Assembly: GCA_965214205.1 (NCBI GenBank)
Contig: OZ243941.1
Location: 1,132,515-1,196,514, forward strand
DNA from: Candidatus Poriferihabitaceae bacterium
GTDB lineage: Bacteria; Pseudomonadota; Gammaproteobacteria; Arenicellales; Poriferihabitantaceae
Direction of reading: 5' to 3'
Length of the DNA: 64,000 nucleotides
Each line of letters begins with the position of its first letter. Position 1 is the first letter of the stretch. This document shows positions 37,852-46,682 of the stretch, one piece after another. Made by a program: the position numbers and the translations under genes. The notes under the pieces are model-generated. The model ran no database searches. It was not told where the DNA came from and saw only the letters and a program-made list of their open reading frames with translations.

Positions 37852-38943
37852 CTATACGCCGAGAACCCTGTTTCTTTGTCTCAGGTATTCCTGGTCGGCG
37901 ATTTTTGCCCAGCCGCCGACATCGGCTCGCGCCTGGACAAAGCTCTCGTGGACCCGTCTTGCGAGGTCACTGTGTTCCACGGTTTCCGCGAAAACCTCTT
38001 CCGCCGCTTCACCGAACGAGTCATAAATGTCATCACTGAATCTTTCCAGCTGGACACCCTGATCATTGATCAGGCGGGCGAGTGAAGAACCGTTGTTTGC
38101 ATTGAATTCGGCCATCATCACATCATTTTCCATCGAAGCGGCCGCCTCGATCATCACTCTGTCCGAATTCGACAATCCTTCCCAGAAATCCTTGTTGATT
38201 CCCGAGGCCAGCATTGGCCCGGGTTCATGCATTCCGGGATAGTAATAGTAGCGGGCGGCTTCATAGAATTTCATGGCCTCATCGTTCCACGGGCCAACCC
38301 ATTCAGTGGCGTCAATCGCGCCTGAAATCAGGTTCTCGTAAATCTGACCGCCGGGCAGGGAAACCGGGGACGCTCCCAGTTTTGCCAGTACATCGCCGCC
38401 CAGGCCCGGAATCCGCATTTTCAGACCCTTGAAGTCATCGGCCGAGTTCATTTCCTTACGGAACCATCCGCCCATTTGTACGCCGGTGTTGCCGCACATC
38501 AGGTTTTTCAATCCAGACTCGCCCGCAAGCTCGTCCCAGAGCTCCTGCCCTCCGCCAAATCGGATCCAGGCATTCATCTCGGTATAGGTCAGGCCGAAAG
38601 GCACGGCGGTAAAGTAGGCCCAGGCCGGGTGTTTGCCTTTCCAGTAATAGTCGGCGGCATGGTAGATCTGCGCGTTGCCGGACGCCACTTCGTCGAACGA
38701 ATCGAATGCCCCGACCCGCTCACCCGCGGCGAAGTATTCGACTGCGAAGCGGCCATCGCTCATGTCGCTCAGTCTTTGGGCGAATCGTTGCGCCCCGGTG
38801 CCCAGACCCGGAAAGTCCCGCGGCCAGGTCGAAACCACTGCGATTTCAATACGCTCCTGCGCGATAGCGGGAGCCGCCAGGGTTGAAGCTCCGGCTGCTG
38901 CCGCAGCAGCGACTCCGCTTTTTAACAGTTCACGACGTTTCAT
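37852..38943 (-). CDS. dctP: TRAP transporter substrate-binding protein (DctP-like, COG4663-type) with Tat signal
   Basis: 363 aa with twin-arginine signal MKRRELLKSG...APAIAQ. Also carries the QMGGWFRKE and ATEWVGPWND motifs of this SBP subgroup. Confidence 0.85.
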   Translation of the reverse strand: MKRRELLKSGVAAAAAAGASTLAAPAIAQERIEIAVVSTWPRDFPGLGTGAQRFAQRLSDMSDGRFAVEYFAAGERVGAFDSFDEVASGNAQIYHAADYYWKGKHPAWAYFTAVPFGLTYTEMNAWIRFGGGQELWDELAGESGLKNLMCGNTGVQMGGWFRKEMNSADDFKGLKMRIPGLGGDVLAKLGASPVSLPGGQIYENLISGAIDATEWVGPWNDEAMKFYEAARYYYYPGMHEPGPMLASGINKDFWEGLSNSDRVMIEAAASMENDVMMAEFNANNGSSLARLINDQGVQLERFSDDIYDSFGEAAEEVFAETVEHSDLARRVHESFVQARADVGGWAKIADQEYLRQRNRVLGV

Positions 38944-39104
38944 AAGAATATCCTCAAGTTATGGTTCATTTGATCTTTCTGATTCTGGTTTTCTACCCGG
39001 AGTATGTGTTTGTCCAAACCGGGGATGTGCCGGTAGTATCGCCGATTTGTTGAGGACGGTAAAGTAGTTATGGTCAATGCCGATATATTTCACGTCGCCC
39101 CCGG

Positions 39105-40199
39105 TCATACTCTGGAAATAGTCATGTAAGCGTGCACATAATCCATGCCGTGGCCTGTCGGATCCGCCATGACCCGTTGATGGTAGAGTTGATAGTAATC
39201 CTCGATCAGTCGCTGGCGTTCTTCAATGGAGCGATTGGCGTCCAGGCCGGCGTAAAAAATGCTTTGATTCCAGCTTCTGATCGTCGGGATCAGACCATCC
39301 GCGAACTTTTTCAGATCCTTGTCCACCTTGAATTGTTCGGCGAAAGGGCAGGGAACCACACCGGTCTCAATGCTGTCCAGTCGCAGCCCCGCCTGATAAC
39401 ATGCATTGTCCGGGTCGGTCAGCGGCCCGGTGAATTCATCCACGGTACGGTAGTACTGGGGAAGGGTCATATTCCGGTATTCCCGCTCCGATACCCGGCC
39501 CTGCTCAACCAGATCTCTCCAGATCGCGTTGAAGGTATCGAACATATTCACGCCGCCGGTATTGCCGAGATAGCGGCCCTGCTGGTCACGGCAAAAGTTG
39601 GCCAGCGCCATCTTGCCGCCGGGTCGCAACTCTCTCGCCCGGCATTGCAGAATGGTTTCCCAGTCCTGTTCGGCCTGCCGGGCAAAGGCTTCCAGTTCCG
39701 GGCCGCGGGCGCCGACCATGTGTACATGGTCGTTGATATTGCATGGCTTGTCGGATAACCAGTGCATGGCGGTCGCGGAGAAACAGAAATCAAGGGAATG
39801 GTCAGGCGCCGATTGTTGATAGAACGATGTGCCGGAAACCAGCGGGAAGACACGTTCGAACTGGCCGAGCCAGGTTTCGAATTGTGTGCGCCCGTGAACG
39901 ATACTGACCAGCGCGTTAAAGTCATTCGCCGGCTGATCCGCATAGATGACCGTAATCTGTACGTCCGGCTTCATTTTCTGTATTTGTTCGATTGCCCGGC
40001 GAATCATGTCCAGCGAAGTGCCCGCGTCCGCGCATCCGGTATCGGCCAGCGTGAACCGGTCAGAGGAAATGTCGATGTTCCTGATCGCGTCCAGAACACG
40101 GGGCGTGGCGATATCAATGACATCCTTTGCGCCTTTCGTAGCCAGCGAGTACAGCCCGCCTTCCGACATGGTAACGTTGTCCGCCTGGAGGTTTTTCAT
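39105..40199 (-). CDS. SAM-dependent methyltransferase, SABATH-like (Methyltransf_7-type)
   Basis: Start set at MKNLQADNVTM (ATG 40199). MSEGGLYSLATKGAKDV...LADTGCADAGTSL...YADQPANDFNAL...VSGTSFYQQSAPDHSLDFCFSATAMHWLS is collinear with the plant SABATH motifs (GG..SYA, ADLGCS.G, NDLP.NDFN, PGSFY..LFP..S, SLHWLS). Confidence 0.65.
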   Translation of the reverse strand: MKNLQADNVTMSEGGLYSLATKGAKDVIDIATPRVLDAIRNIDISSDRFTLADTGCADAGTSLDMIRRAIEQIQKMKPDVQITVIYADQPANDFNALVSIVHGRTQFETWLGQFERVFPLVSGTSFYQQSAPDHSLDFCFSATAMHWLSDKPCNINDHVHMVGARGPELEAFARQAEQDWETILQCRARELRPGGKMALANFCRDQQGRYLGNTGGVNMFDTFNAIWRDLVEQGRVSEREYRNMTLPQYYRTVDEFTGPLTDPDNACYQAGLRLDSIETGVVPCPFAEQFKVDKDLKKFADGLIPTIRSWNQSIFYAGLDANRSIEERQRLIEDYYQLYHQRVMADPTGHGMDYVHAYMTISRV

Positions 40200-40204
40200 T
40201 GTAG

Positions 40205-40765
40205 TCAGACTCCGATAAGGGTAAGAAATTCTGAACGGGTGCGATGGCTGGAGCGGAAGGTGCCCAGCATCATGGAGGTTTTCATCGTCGAGTTCTGTTT
40301 CTCGACACCCCGCATCATCATGCAGAAATGTTTCGCTTCTATGATTACGCCGACTCCCCTGGCGCCGGTCACTTTTCCGATGGCGTGTGCGATTTGCTCG
40401 GTCAGGTTTTCCTGGATTTGCAGTCTGCGGGCGTACATGTCGGTGATTCGGGCCATCTTCGACAATCCGATCACCTTGCCGTTCGGCACATAAGCGATGT
40501 GGCATTTGCCGACAAAAGGCAGCAGGTGATGTTCACACAAGGAATACAATTCAATGTCCTTGACAATCACCATTTGGTCATTGTCTGACTCAAAAATCGC
40601 GTTGTTCACGACCTCATCGAGATTTTGCTGATAGCCCCGGGTCAGATATTGCAGCGCCTTGGCCGCTCGCATCGGGGTATCGGACAGTCCCTGGCGTTCC
40701 GGGTCTTCTCCAATCAGGTCGAGGAGAGAATGATAATGTTCGGCTATTTTTTCGGAATGATTCAT
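40205..40765 (-). CDS. folE: GTP cyclohydrolase I
   Basis: 186 aa with [10 protein letters not shown] and HFCMMMRGV motifs and full-length FolE similarity. Confidence 0.95.
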   Translation of the reverse strand: MNHSEKIAEHYHSLLDLIGEDPERQGLSDTPMRAAKALQYLTRGYQQNLDEVVNNAIFESDNDQMVIVKDIELYSLCEHHLLPFVGKCHIAYVPNGKVIGLSKMARITDMYARRLQIQENLTEQIAHAIGKVTGARGVGVIIEAKHFCMMMRGVEKQNSTMKTSMMLGTFRSSHRTRSEFLTLIGV

Positions 40766-40915
40766 GGTTGTTCAATCGACATTGGCATGGGTTACATGCC
40801 GGAATTGTATCATTGGCTTACCGGTTGTGCGGTAACGCCCGGACCGGTTCGGCGATCCCCGCCCGCGCCCTGATTTGTCATATACTGTAGTGTATGTTGA
40901 TTCGGGGTTACAGAT

Positions 40916-41746
40916 ATGGTTGATGAAGTGACCGGGGGCCTGCGCAAGATGAAGGTTGAAGCAACCCGTCCCGTGAGTTATCAGATGCCGGTGGGGGACG
41001 CGCTACTGGCCGTGAACGAGCAACTCGGGCGCACCCTGGAATTGCGGTATACCGGCAATATCCATTGTATTGGATGCGGCAGAAAAACCAGAAAGAGTTT
41101 TTCGCAGGGGTACTGCTACCCGTGCTTCAAGTCCCTGGCCGAATGCGACCTGTGCATCATGAAGCCGGAGACCTGTCATTTTGCCCAGGGAACCTGCCGC
41201 GACGAGGAATGGGCAAAAAGTCATTGCATGCAGGATCACTATGTCTATCTCGCAAACTCGTCCGGATTGAAGGTCGGAATCACCCGGGGCACGCAAATCC
41301 CGGTACGCTGGATTGATCAGGGGGCGTCCCAGGCTATCGCCATGTTCAAAATCAGGAATCGGCTCCATTCCGGGCTGCTCGAAGTGACACTGAAGAAGCG
41401 GGTGAGCGACCGTACCGACTGGCGCAGGCTTCTGAAGGGGCTGCCGCAAGAGCGGGACATGGTTCTGGCGCGTGACCGGCTGATCGGTTCGGTCCAATCC
41501 GAACTGGAAGCGCTGAAGCAATCGAACCCCGGCCTTGAGTGGGAGCAATTGGATGACGCCCCCATTCAACTGACCTATCCGGTAGACCGGTATCCCGACA
41601 GGATTGTCAGCCTGAATCTGGATAAAACCCCGGAGATTTCAGGAACATTGATGGGAATAAAGGGCCAGTATCTGATTCTCGACTGCGGCGTGATCAACAT
41701 CCGCAAGTTCGCGGGTTACGAGGTTAGCGTCCGTCTCCCGAATTGA
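40916..41746 (+). CDS. DUF2797 domain-containing protein (Cys-rich, putative zinc-binding)
   Basis: 276 aa with IHCIGCGRKTRKSFSQGYCYPCFKSLAECDLCIMKPETCH, the Cys cluster characteristic of DUF2797 as I remember it. Confidence 0.6.
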   Translation: MVDEVTGGLRKMKVEATRPVSYQMPVGDALLAVNEQLGRTLELRYTGNIHCIGCGRKTRKSFSQGYCYPCFKSLAECDLCIMKPETCHFAQGTCRDEEWAKSHCMQDHYVYLANSSGLKVGITRGTQIPVRWIDQGASQAIAMFKIRNRLHSGLLEVTLKKRVSDRTDWRRLLKGLPQERDMVLARDRLIGSVQSELEALKQSNPGLEWEQLDDAPIQLTYPVDRYPDRIVSLNLDKTPEISGTLMGIKGQYLILDCGVINIRKFAGYEVSVRLPN

Positions 41747-41777
41747 CAGGACATGGGGTAACCGGATTCTGGCAACC

Positions 41778-43652
41778 GTGAATCGTCACATAAACTCGTT
41801 GGTCCATTCGTCGCGGAAAACCCGGTTTGCCGTTTTCCTGACCCTGGATGTCGCGCTGATATTGCTGGGTCTGTGGGCGTCGTATTTCCTGAGGATGGAT
41901 ACCTTCGTCATTACCGATTTCCGTTTGGCTCTACTGGGGCTGGCCGCTCCGGTCATCGCCATCCCGGTATTCATCCGCAACGGGGTTTATCGCGCCATCA
42001 TCCGTTATCTGACTGCGGATGTTATCTGGACCATACTGCGCGCGGTCACGATCTATTGTGTCCTGTGGGCGTTGGTGGCGCTGTTTTCCGGTATTTTTGA
42101 GAAACCCCGTTCCATTATATTGATCAACTGGGGAGTCAGTCTGATATTGATTGGCGGAGCCCGGTTCCTGGCCTGGTACCTGACCAATCTGTATTTTATC
42201 GCGGCTCATAAAAGCAGGGGGGATACCCATGTCAAAAAGGTTCTGATCTACGGCGCCGGGGAGGCCGGGATCCAGATTGCCGCGGGATTGTCGTCCTACC
42301 GCGGGACCGAAGTCGTCGGCTTTATCGACGATTCCAGTCTGCTGCAGAACCAGTTGATTCAGGGGAAGCGGGTCTATCCATCGGAAGACCTGTCCCGGCT
42401 GGTGGCCGCTCTGGAAGTCTCTGAAATACTGCTGGCGATGCCGTCGGTTTCCCGTGGCCGGAGAGTCGAGATATTGTCCGCGCTGGAGCCCCTGCCGATT
42501 CCGGTCCGGACATTACCCGATATTGCCTTGATCGCGTCCGGCAGGGTCAAGGTTCAGGATATCCGGGAGATCCGGGTGGACGATCTTCTGGGCCGGGAAT
42601 CCGTCTCGCCTGATGAAACCCTGATGCGCCGGAATATCGATAATCGTGTGGTCATGGTAACCGGCGCCGGCGGTTCCATCGGCGCCGAGTTGTGCCGTCA
42701 GATTTCCCTGTTGAATCCCAGGAAGATCATCCTGTTCGAGCAGAGCGAATTCAATTTATACAAAATCGACCGTGAACTGAGAAAACGCGGGGTCGAGTTT
42801 GTCCCGGAGCTGGGTTCGGTTTCGGATACGGATCATATTGCCGAGCGCTGCAAAACGCTGGAAGTGGATACGATTTTCCACGCCGCGGCTTACAAGCATG
42901 TACCCCTGGTGGAGATGAATCCTGCCATCGGGGTCAAGAACAATGTGTTTGGAACCTACGCTACTGCGATGGCCGCGATTCGCGCCAATGTGAAAAGTTT
43001 TGTGCTGATTTCTACCGACAAGGCCGTTCGCCCCGCCAATGTGATGGGCGCGACCAAGCGTTTCTCCGAGTTGATTCTCCAATCCATCAACGCGCAGGGC
43101 CACGCCGGGCAGACCCGGTTCATTATCGTTCGGTTCGGTAATGTGATTGATTCGTCGGGGTCCGTGATTCCGTTGTTCCGGGACCAGATCAACATGGGCG
43201 GGCCGGTGACCGTGACCCATGAGGAAGTCACCCGCTATTTCATGACGATCCCGGAAGCCGCCCAACTGGTCATCCAGGCCGGGGCCATGGGCAACGGCGG
43301 AGAGGTATTTGTGCTGGACATGGGCGAATCGGTTAGAATCCATGACCTCGCGGTCAAGATGATCAAGTTGAGCGGGCTTGGCCTCAAGGATGCCGGGCAT
43401 CCCGATGGTGATATCGAAATAGAATTCTCCGGATTGAGGCCGGGCGAGAAGCTGCATGAGGAATTATTGATCGGCGACAATGTGGCGTCCACGCAGCATG
43501 ACCGCATCATGAGCGCGAGTGAAAAGTTCCTGCCGTGGCGGGAGATACAGGAAAAACTGGATCAGTTGGAGATTCAGGTTCGATCAGGCAACACCGAACA
43601 GATCCGACAAATACTGGCAACCGTCGTCGAAGGGTATTCCGCCAATCAATAG
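41778..43652 (+). CDS. Membrane-anchored NDP-sugar 4,6-dehydratase/epimerase (CapD/WbpM/PglF-like polysaccharide biosynthesis protein)
   Basis: 624 aa with GTG start, N-terminal TM segments, the Rossmann motif VMVTGAGGSIGAEL and the AAAYKHVPLVE catalytic Y-x3-K. Confidence 0.85.
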   Translation: MNRHINSLVHSSRKTRFAVFLTLDVALILLGLWASYFLRMDTFVITDFRLALLGLAAPVIAIPVFIRNGVYRAIIRYLTADVIWTILRAVTIYCVLWALVALFSGIFEKPRSIILINWGVSLILIGGARFLAWYLTNLYFIAAHKSRGDTHVKKVLIYGAGEAGIQIAAGLSSYRGTEVVGFIDDSSLLQNQLIQGKRVYPSEDLSRLVAALEVSEILLAMPSVSRGRRVEILSALEPLPIPVRTLPDIALIASGRVKVQDIREIRVDDLLGRESVSPDETLMRRNIDNRVVMVTGAGGSIGAELCRQISLLNPRKIILFEQSEFNLYKIDRELRKRGVEFVPELGSVSDTDHIAERCKTLEVDTIFHAAAYKHVPLVEMNPAIGVKNNVFGTYATAMAAIRANVKSFVLISTDKAVRPANVMGATKRFSELILQSINAQGHAGQTRFIIVRFGNVIDSSGSVIPLFRDQINMGGPVTVTHEEVTRYFMTIPEAAQLVIQAGAMGNGGEVFVLDMGESVRIHDLAVKMIKLSGLGLKDAGHPDGDIEIEFSGLRPGEKLHEELLIGDNVASTQHDRIMSASEKFLPWREIQEKLDQLEIQVRSGNTEQIRQILATVVEGYSANQ

Positions 43653-43728
43653 CAGACTTTTCCCGACCTGCCGGTGGCGCTTTCCGAACCGGGCATGTCA
43701 TGAACGATGCCATCAGGCTTTTCGCGGA

Positions 43729-44418
43729 TCACACCTTCTGGTAGACGCAGAACCAGCCTTCGGGTTGGTTGCCTTCATAGTATTGACCCATTTCCAGGCT
43801 CAGGCGGCGCAGTCGGGCCTGGTTTTCCAGTTGTGTGAACCGGTCGGCGAATCCCATGCTTTGCCACAGGTCCTTGTGGACTGTGCAGGCGAGAATGCCG
43901 CCGGGTTTCAGTATCCTGCAAATTTCATCGAGCGGCTCCGGGCCGACATGACCGTGGGTGAAGGTGCCCGACGAAATGACGCCGTCAAAGCTGTCGCTTT
44001 CATAGCCCAGCGGCAGATTGATGTCGCCGACCTTCAGACCCTTGTATAATCCCTTGCGGTTCGCCACCTCGACCATTTCCTGTGACAAATCAATGCCGTG
44101 CAGGTTGGTGAACCCCTGTTCCGCCAGCGTATATACGGTGAGGCCCGTGCCGCATCCGAGATCAAGTATTTTCGCGTTCCTGTCATCGAGTCGCGCCATC
44201 ATTTCCCCGGCGATCAACGCAGGCGAGACATAGCTCAATCCCTCGACCATCTGCTGATCGTATTCCCGCGCCCATTTGGCGTAGAAAAGCTTCATGCTCT
44301 CGCCGTCTTCCAGATTATAGGCTTCGGTGACGAAATTCCCGGGACCCTTTGGGGTTTCTCCGGTTGTTTCCGGAACCGGCGGAGTCTCGTTCTGGTCGGC
44401 AGGGTCTTTTTGGGCCAT
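43729..44418 (-). CDS. Class I SAM-dependent methyltransferase
   Basis: 229 aa with the ILDLGCGTGL motif I and the LKPGGILA post-motif. Confidence 0.8.
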   Translation of the reverse strand: MAQKDPADQNETPPVPETTGETPKGPGNFVTEAYNLEDGESMKLFYAKWAREYDQQMVEGLSYVSPALIAGEMMARLDDRNAKILDLGCGTGLTVYTLAEQGFTNLHGIDLSQEMVEVANRKGLYKGLKVGDINLPLGYESDSFDGVISSGTFTHGHVGPEPLDEICRILKPGGILACTVHKDLWQSMGFADRFTQLENQARLRRLSLEMGQYYEGNQPEGWFCVYQKV

Positions 44419-44429
44419 CGGATATCGGT

Positions 44430-45332
44430 TCAGGATATTTTGGTGAGTGGATTGTTGCCGGATTTCAGGACCATGGCAACCCCGATTACGCAGGCGACAA
44501 TTCCAACAATCGAAACCAGCCCGAATGTCTCGTCGAAAAATATCCAGGCCTGGACCACTACAAAAGGCGGTACCAGATAAAACAGCCCCGCCACTTTCCC
44601 TGCTTCACCGGTGCGAATCAGCCAGAGCAGGAGTATGGAGGTACCTGCTGACAATACCAGGACCAGCCAGGCCAGGGCCAGAACGAACGGCAGCGTCCAG
44701 TCGACTTCGCGGGATTCCAGCGAAAATGAGAGAGCGCCTATGACCACGGTATTGACCAGGAACTGGAAGCAGACACTCGGCAACAGATCATATTCCCCGC
44801 AGAACTTTTTCTGGTAGACCGTGCCGGCGGAGATTGCGAGCAGACTGACCGCTGTGAAAACCAGCCCGGCATAATGGACCGCTCCGGTGTCGATCCCCTG
44901 CTGGGTGATGACAATGATGATACCGATAAATCCAATGACCAACCCTGCAATTTTCAGGAGGGTAATGGATTCATTCAGCCAGCGGGCCGCGATAAACACC
45001 GTTACCAGAGGTTGCAGGCCAATGACGATTGCGGTCATCGAGGAAGGGAACCCGGCCTTGATGGCGCTGAAAACCCCTCCGAGATAAATGCAGTGGATCA
45101 GAATGGCGACGACCGCCATGTGCCCGTAATCCACCATCCGCTTCGGCCAGGTTACCTCGAAAAACGGAACCAGCGAGAACAGTATCAGGGTCGCTATCAG
45201 CATCCGGATACCAAGAAAAGTGAAGGGCTCGGCGCTCGGCAAGCCGAATTTTGCGCTGATAAAACCGGTGCTCCACAAGAATACGAACAACAGCGGAAGC
45301 CCTGTTCTTATCGCGCGGGTTCGAAATGACAT
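44430..45332 (-). CDS. DMT-superfamily (EamA-like) transporter
   Basis: 300 aa with ten hydrophobic segments and a duplicated EamA-like layout. Confidence 0.8.
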   Translation of the reverse strand: MSFRTRAIRTGLPLLFVFLWSTGFISAKFGLPSAEPFTFLGIRMLIATLILFSLVPFFEVTWPKRMVDYGHMAVVAILIHCIYLGGVFSAIKAGFPSSMTAIVIGLQPLVTVFIAARWLNESITLLKIAGLVIGFIGIIIVITQQGIDTGAVHYAGLVFTAVSLLAISAGTVYQKKFCGEYDLLPSVCFQFLVNTVVIGALSFSLESREVDWTLPFVLALAWLVLVLSAGTSILLLWLIRTGEAGKVAGLFYLVPPFVVVQAWIFFDETFGLVSIVGIVACVIGVAMVLKSGNNPLTKIS

Positions 45333-45389
45333 ATTCCAGGGTCGGTTGCGGTCGAACGGGTTATTGTGAATGGAAGACCGGTCATCCGC

Positions 45390-46613
45390 TCACTTGTTTC
45401 GACGGAGCAATTTGCCGATCATAAATGTGGTGCGGGGGATATAGGCATAGCTGGTTCGGGTCTCACTGGTTGGGCGGGCGCGCATTCGCAACAGGCTGAA
45501 TATGACCAGCAAAACATGGGCAAGAGCAATGAAAATGAATAGCGCTGACGGTCCGAATCCTTCGATCAGGCTGGAAGTGATCAGCGGGCTGAAAATGGCT
45601 CCGATACCGTATACGAATATCAGCGAGGCGTTCACCTCAATAGCGCTTTCAGGATCCACGAAATCATTGGTGTGGGCGGCGGATACCGAGAAAATGGGGA
45701 AGGTCGCAACTCCGAACAGGATGGCCCCGACGAAAATGAACCACAGTTCCGTCGAGCTGATTACCGCGATTATTCCACAGACGATGACACTGGCGGCGGA
45801 CAGGCCGATCAGCACCCGCCTGCGATCAAATTTGTCGGCCAGCAAACCAACCGGAAATTGCGCCAGGGCGCCGCCCATCAGCACCGTCGCGAGAAAATAA
45901 CCGATCTGCTGGGCGCTCAACCCCACTTCCTGTCCGTAGATCGGGCCGACCATACGAAAGGACGATGAAGTGACACCGGCGACAATGACTCCAGCCACTC
46001 CAAGCGGGGAAATCAACGCCGTCTTGATCGGTCTTAACCGGGGCGCTGGTGGAATCCGGGGTTGATCCAGTCTGGTCAGTGTCAATGGAAACAGGCAGGC
46101 GCAGCAAAATATCGCCAGCAGGTTGTAAGAAATATAGGAGGCTGGTTCCAATACCGCGATCATCAACTGGGCGCCGGACGACGCGATGATGTCCACGGCC
46201 CGGTATACGCCCATCACCCGCCCGCGCGACTGGTTGGTTACCTTCGACTGCATCCACGCCTCGATGATGGTGTAGCATCCGGCGATGCAGAGTCCGGTCA
46301 TGACACGCATCCCTGCCCATGCCCAGACCTCGGGATACAGCGGATGAGCGATGGCCCCGATCGCGCCGCACGCGGCGAAGGCGGCAAACCCCCTCGAATG
46401 CCCCACCGTACCCAGAACTCTTGGCGCACACCAGCAGCCGACGAAGAATCCGAGAAAGTGGGCGGAACCAAGAAACCCGATTTCGGTTTTGGAAAAGCCG
46501 AGTTCAAATCCCGACAGCACATCCAGGGGGCCGATTGACCCGGAGCTCAACTGCAGGAAGGTAATCGACAGGAAAAGTGCGGCGAATGAAATAAGCAAGC
46601 GCATATTGTGCAA
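45390..46613 (-). CDS. MFS transporter
   Basis: 407 aa with 12 predicted TM segments and an LADKFDRRR loop 2-3-like motif in the second half. Confidence 0.8.
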   Translation of the reverse strand: MHNMRLLISFAALFLSITFLQLSSGSIGPLDVLSGFELGFSKTEIGFLGSAHFLGFFVGCWCAPRVLGTVGHSRGFAAFAACGAIGAIAHPLYPEVWAWAGMRVMTGLCIAGCYTIIEAWMQSKVTNQSRGRVMGVYRAVDIIASSGAQLMIAVLEPASYISYNLLAIFCCACLFPLTLTRLDQPRIPPAPRLRPIKTALISPLGVAGVIVAGVTSSSFRMVGPIYGQEVGLSAQQIGYFLATVLMGGALAQFPVGLLADKFDRRRVLIGLSAASVIVCGIIAVISSTELWFIFVGAILFGVATFPIFSVSAAHTNDFVDPESAIEVNASLIFVYGIGAIFSPLITSSLIEGFGPSALFIFIALAHVLLVIFSLLRMRARPTSETRTSYAYIPRTTFMIGKLLRRNK

Positions 46614-46682
46614 CCGGTATAATCAGTATCGGACTATACATATATACCGACAAGGGTAAAGAAAAAATTATAGAATCTTGAT

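Noticed and set aside
40200-40505. 102-codon 5' extension of the methyltransferase ORF (track start 40505)
   Set aside because: The extension lies entirely inside folE in another frame, is R/H/P-rich and has no family similarity. The SABATH-like homology begins at the internal ATG at 40199, 5 nt after the folE stop.
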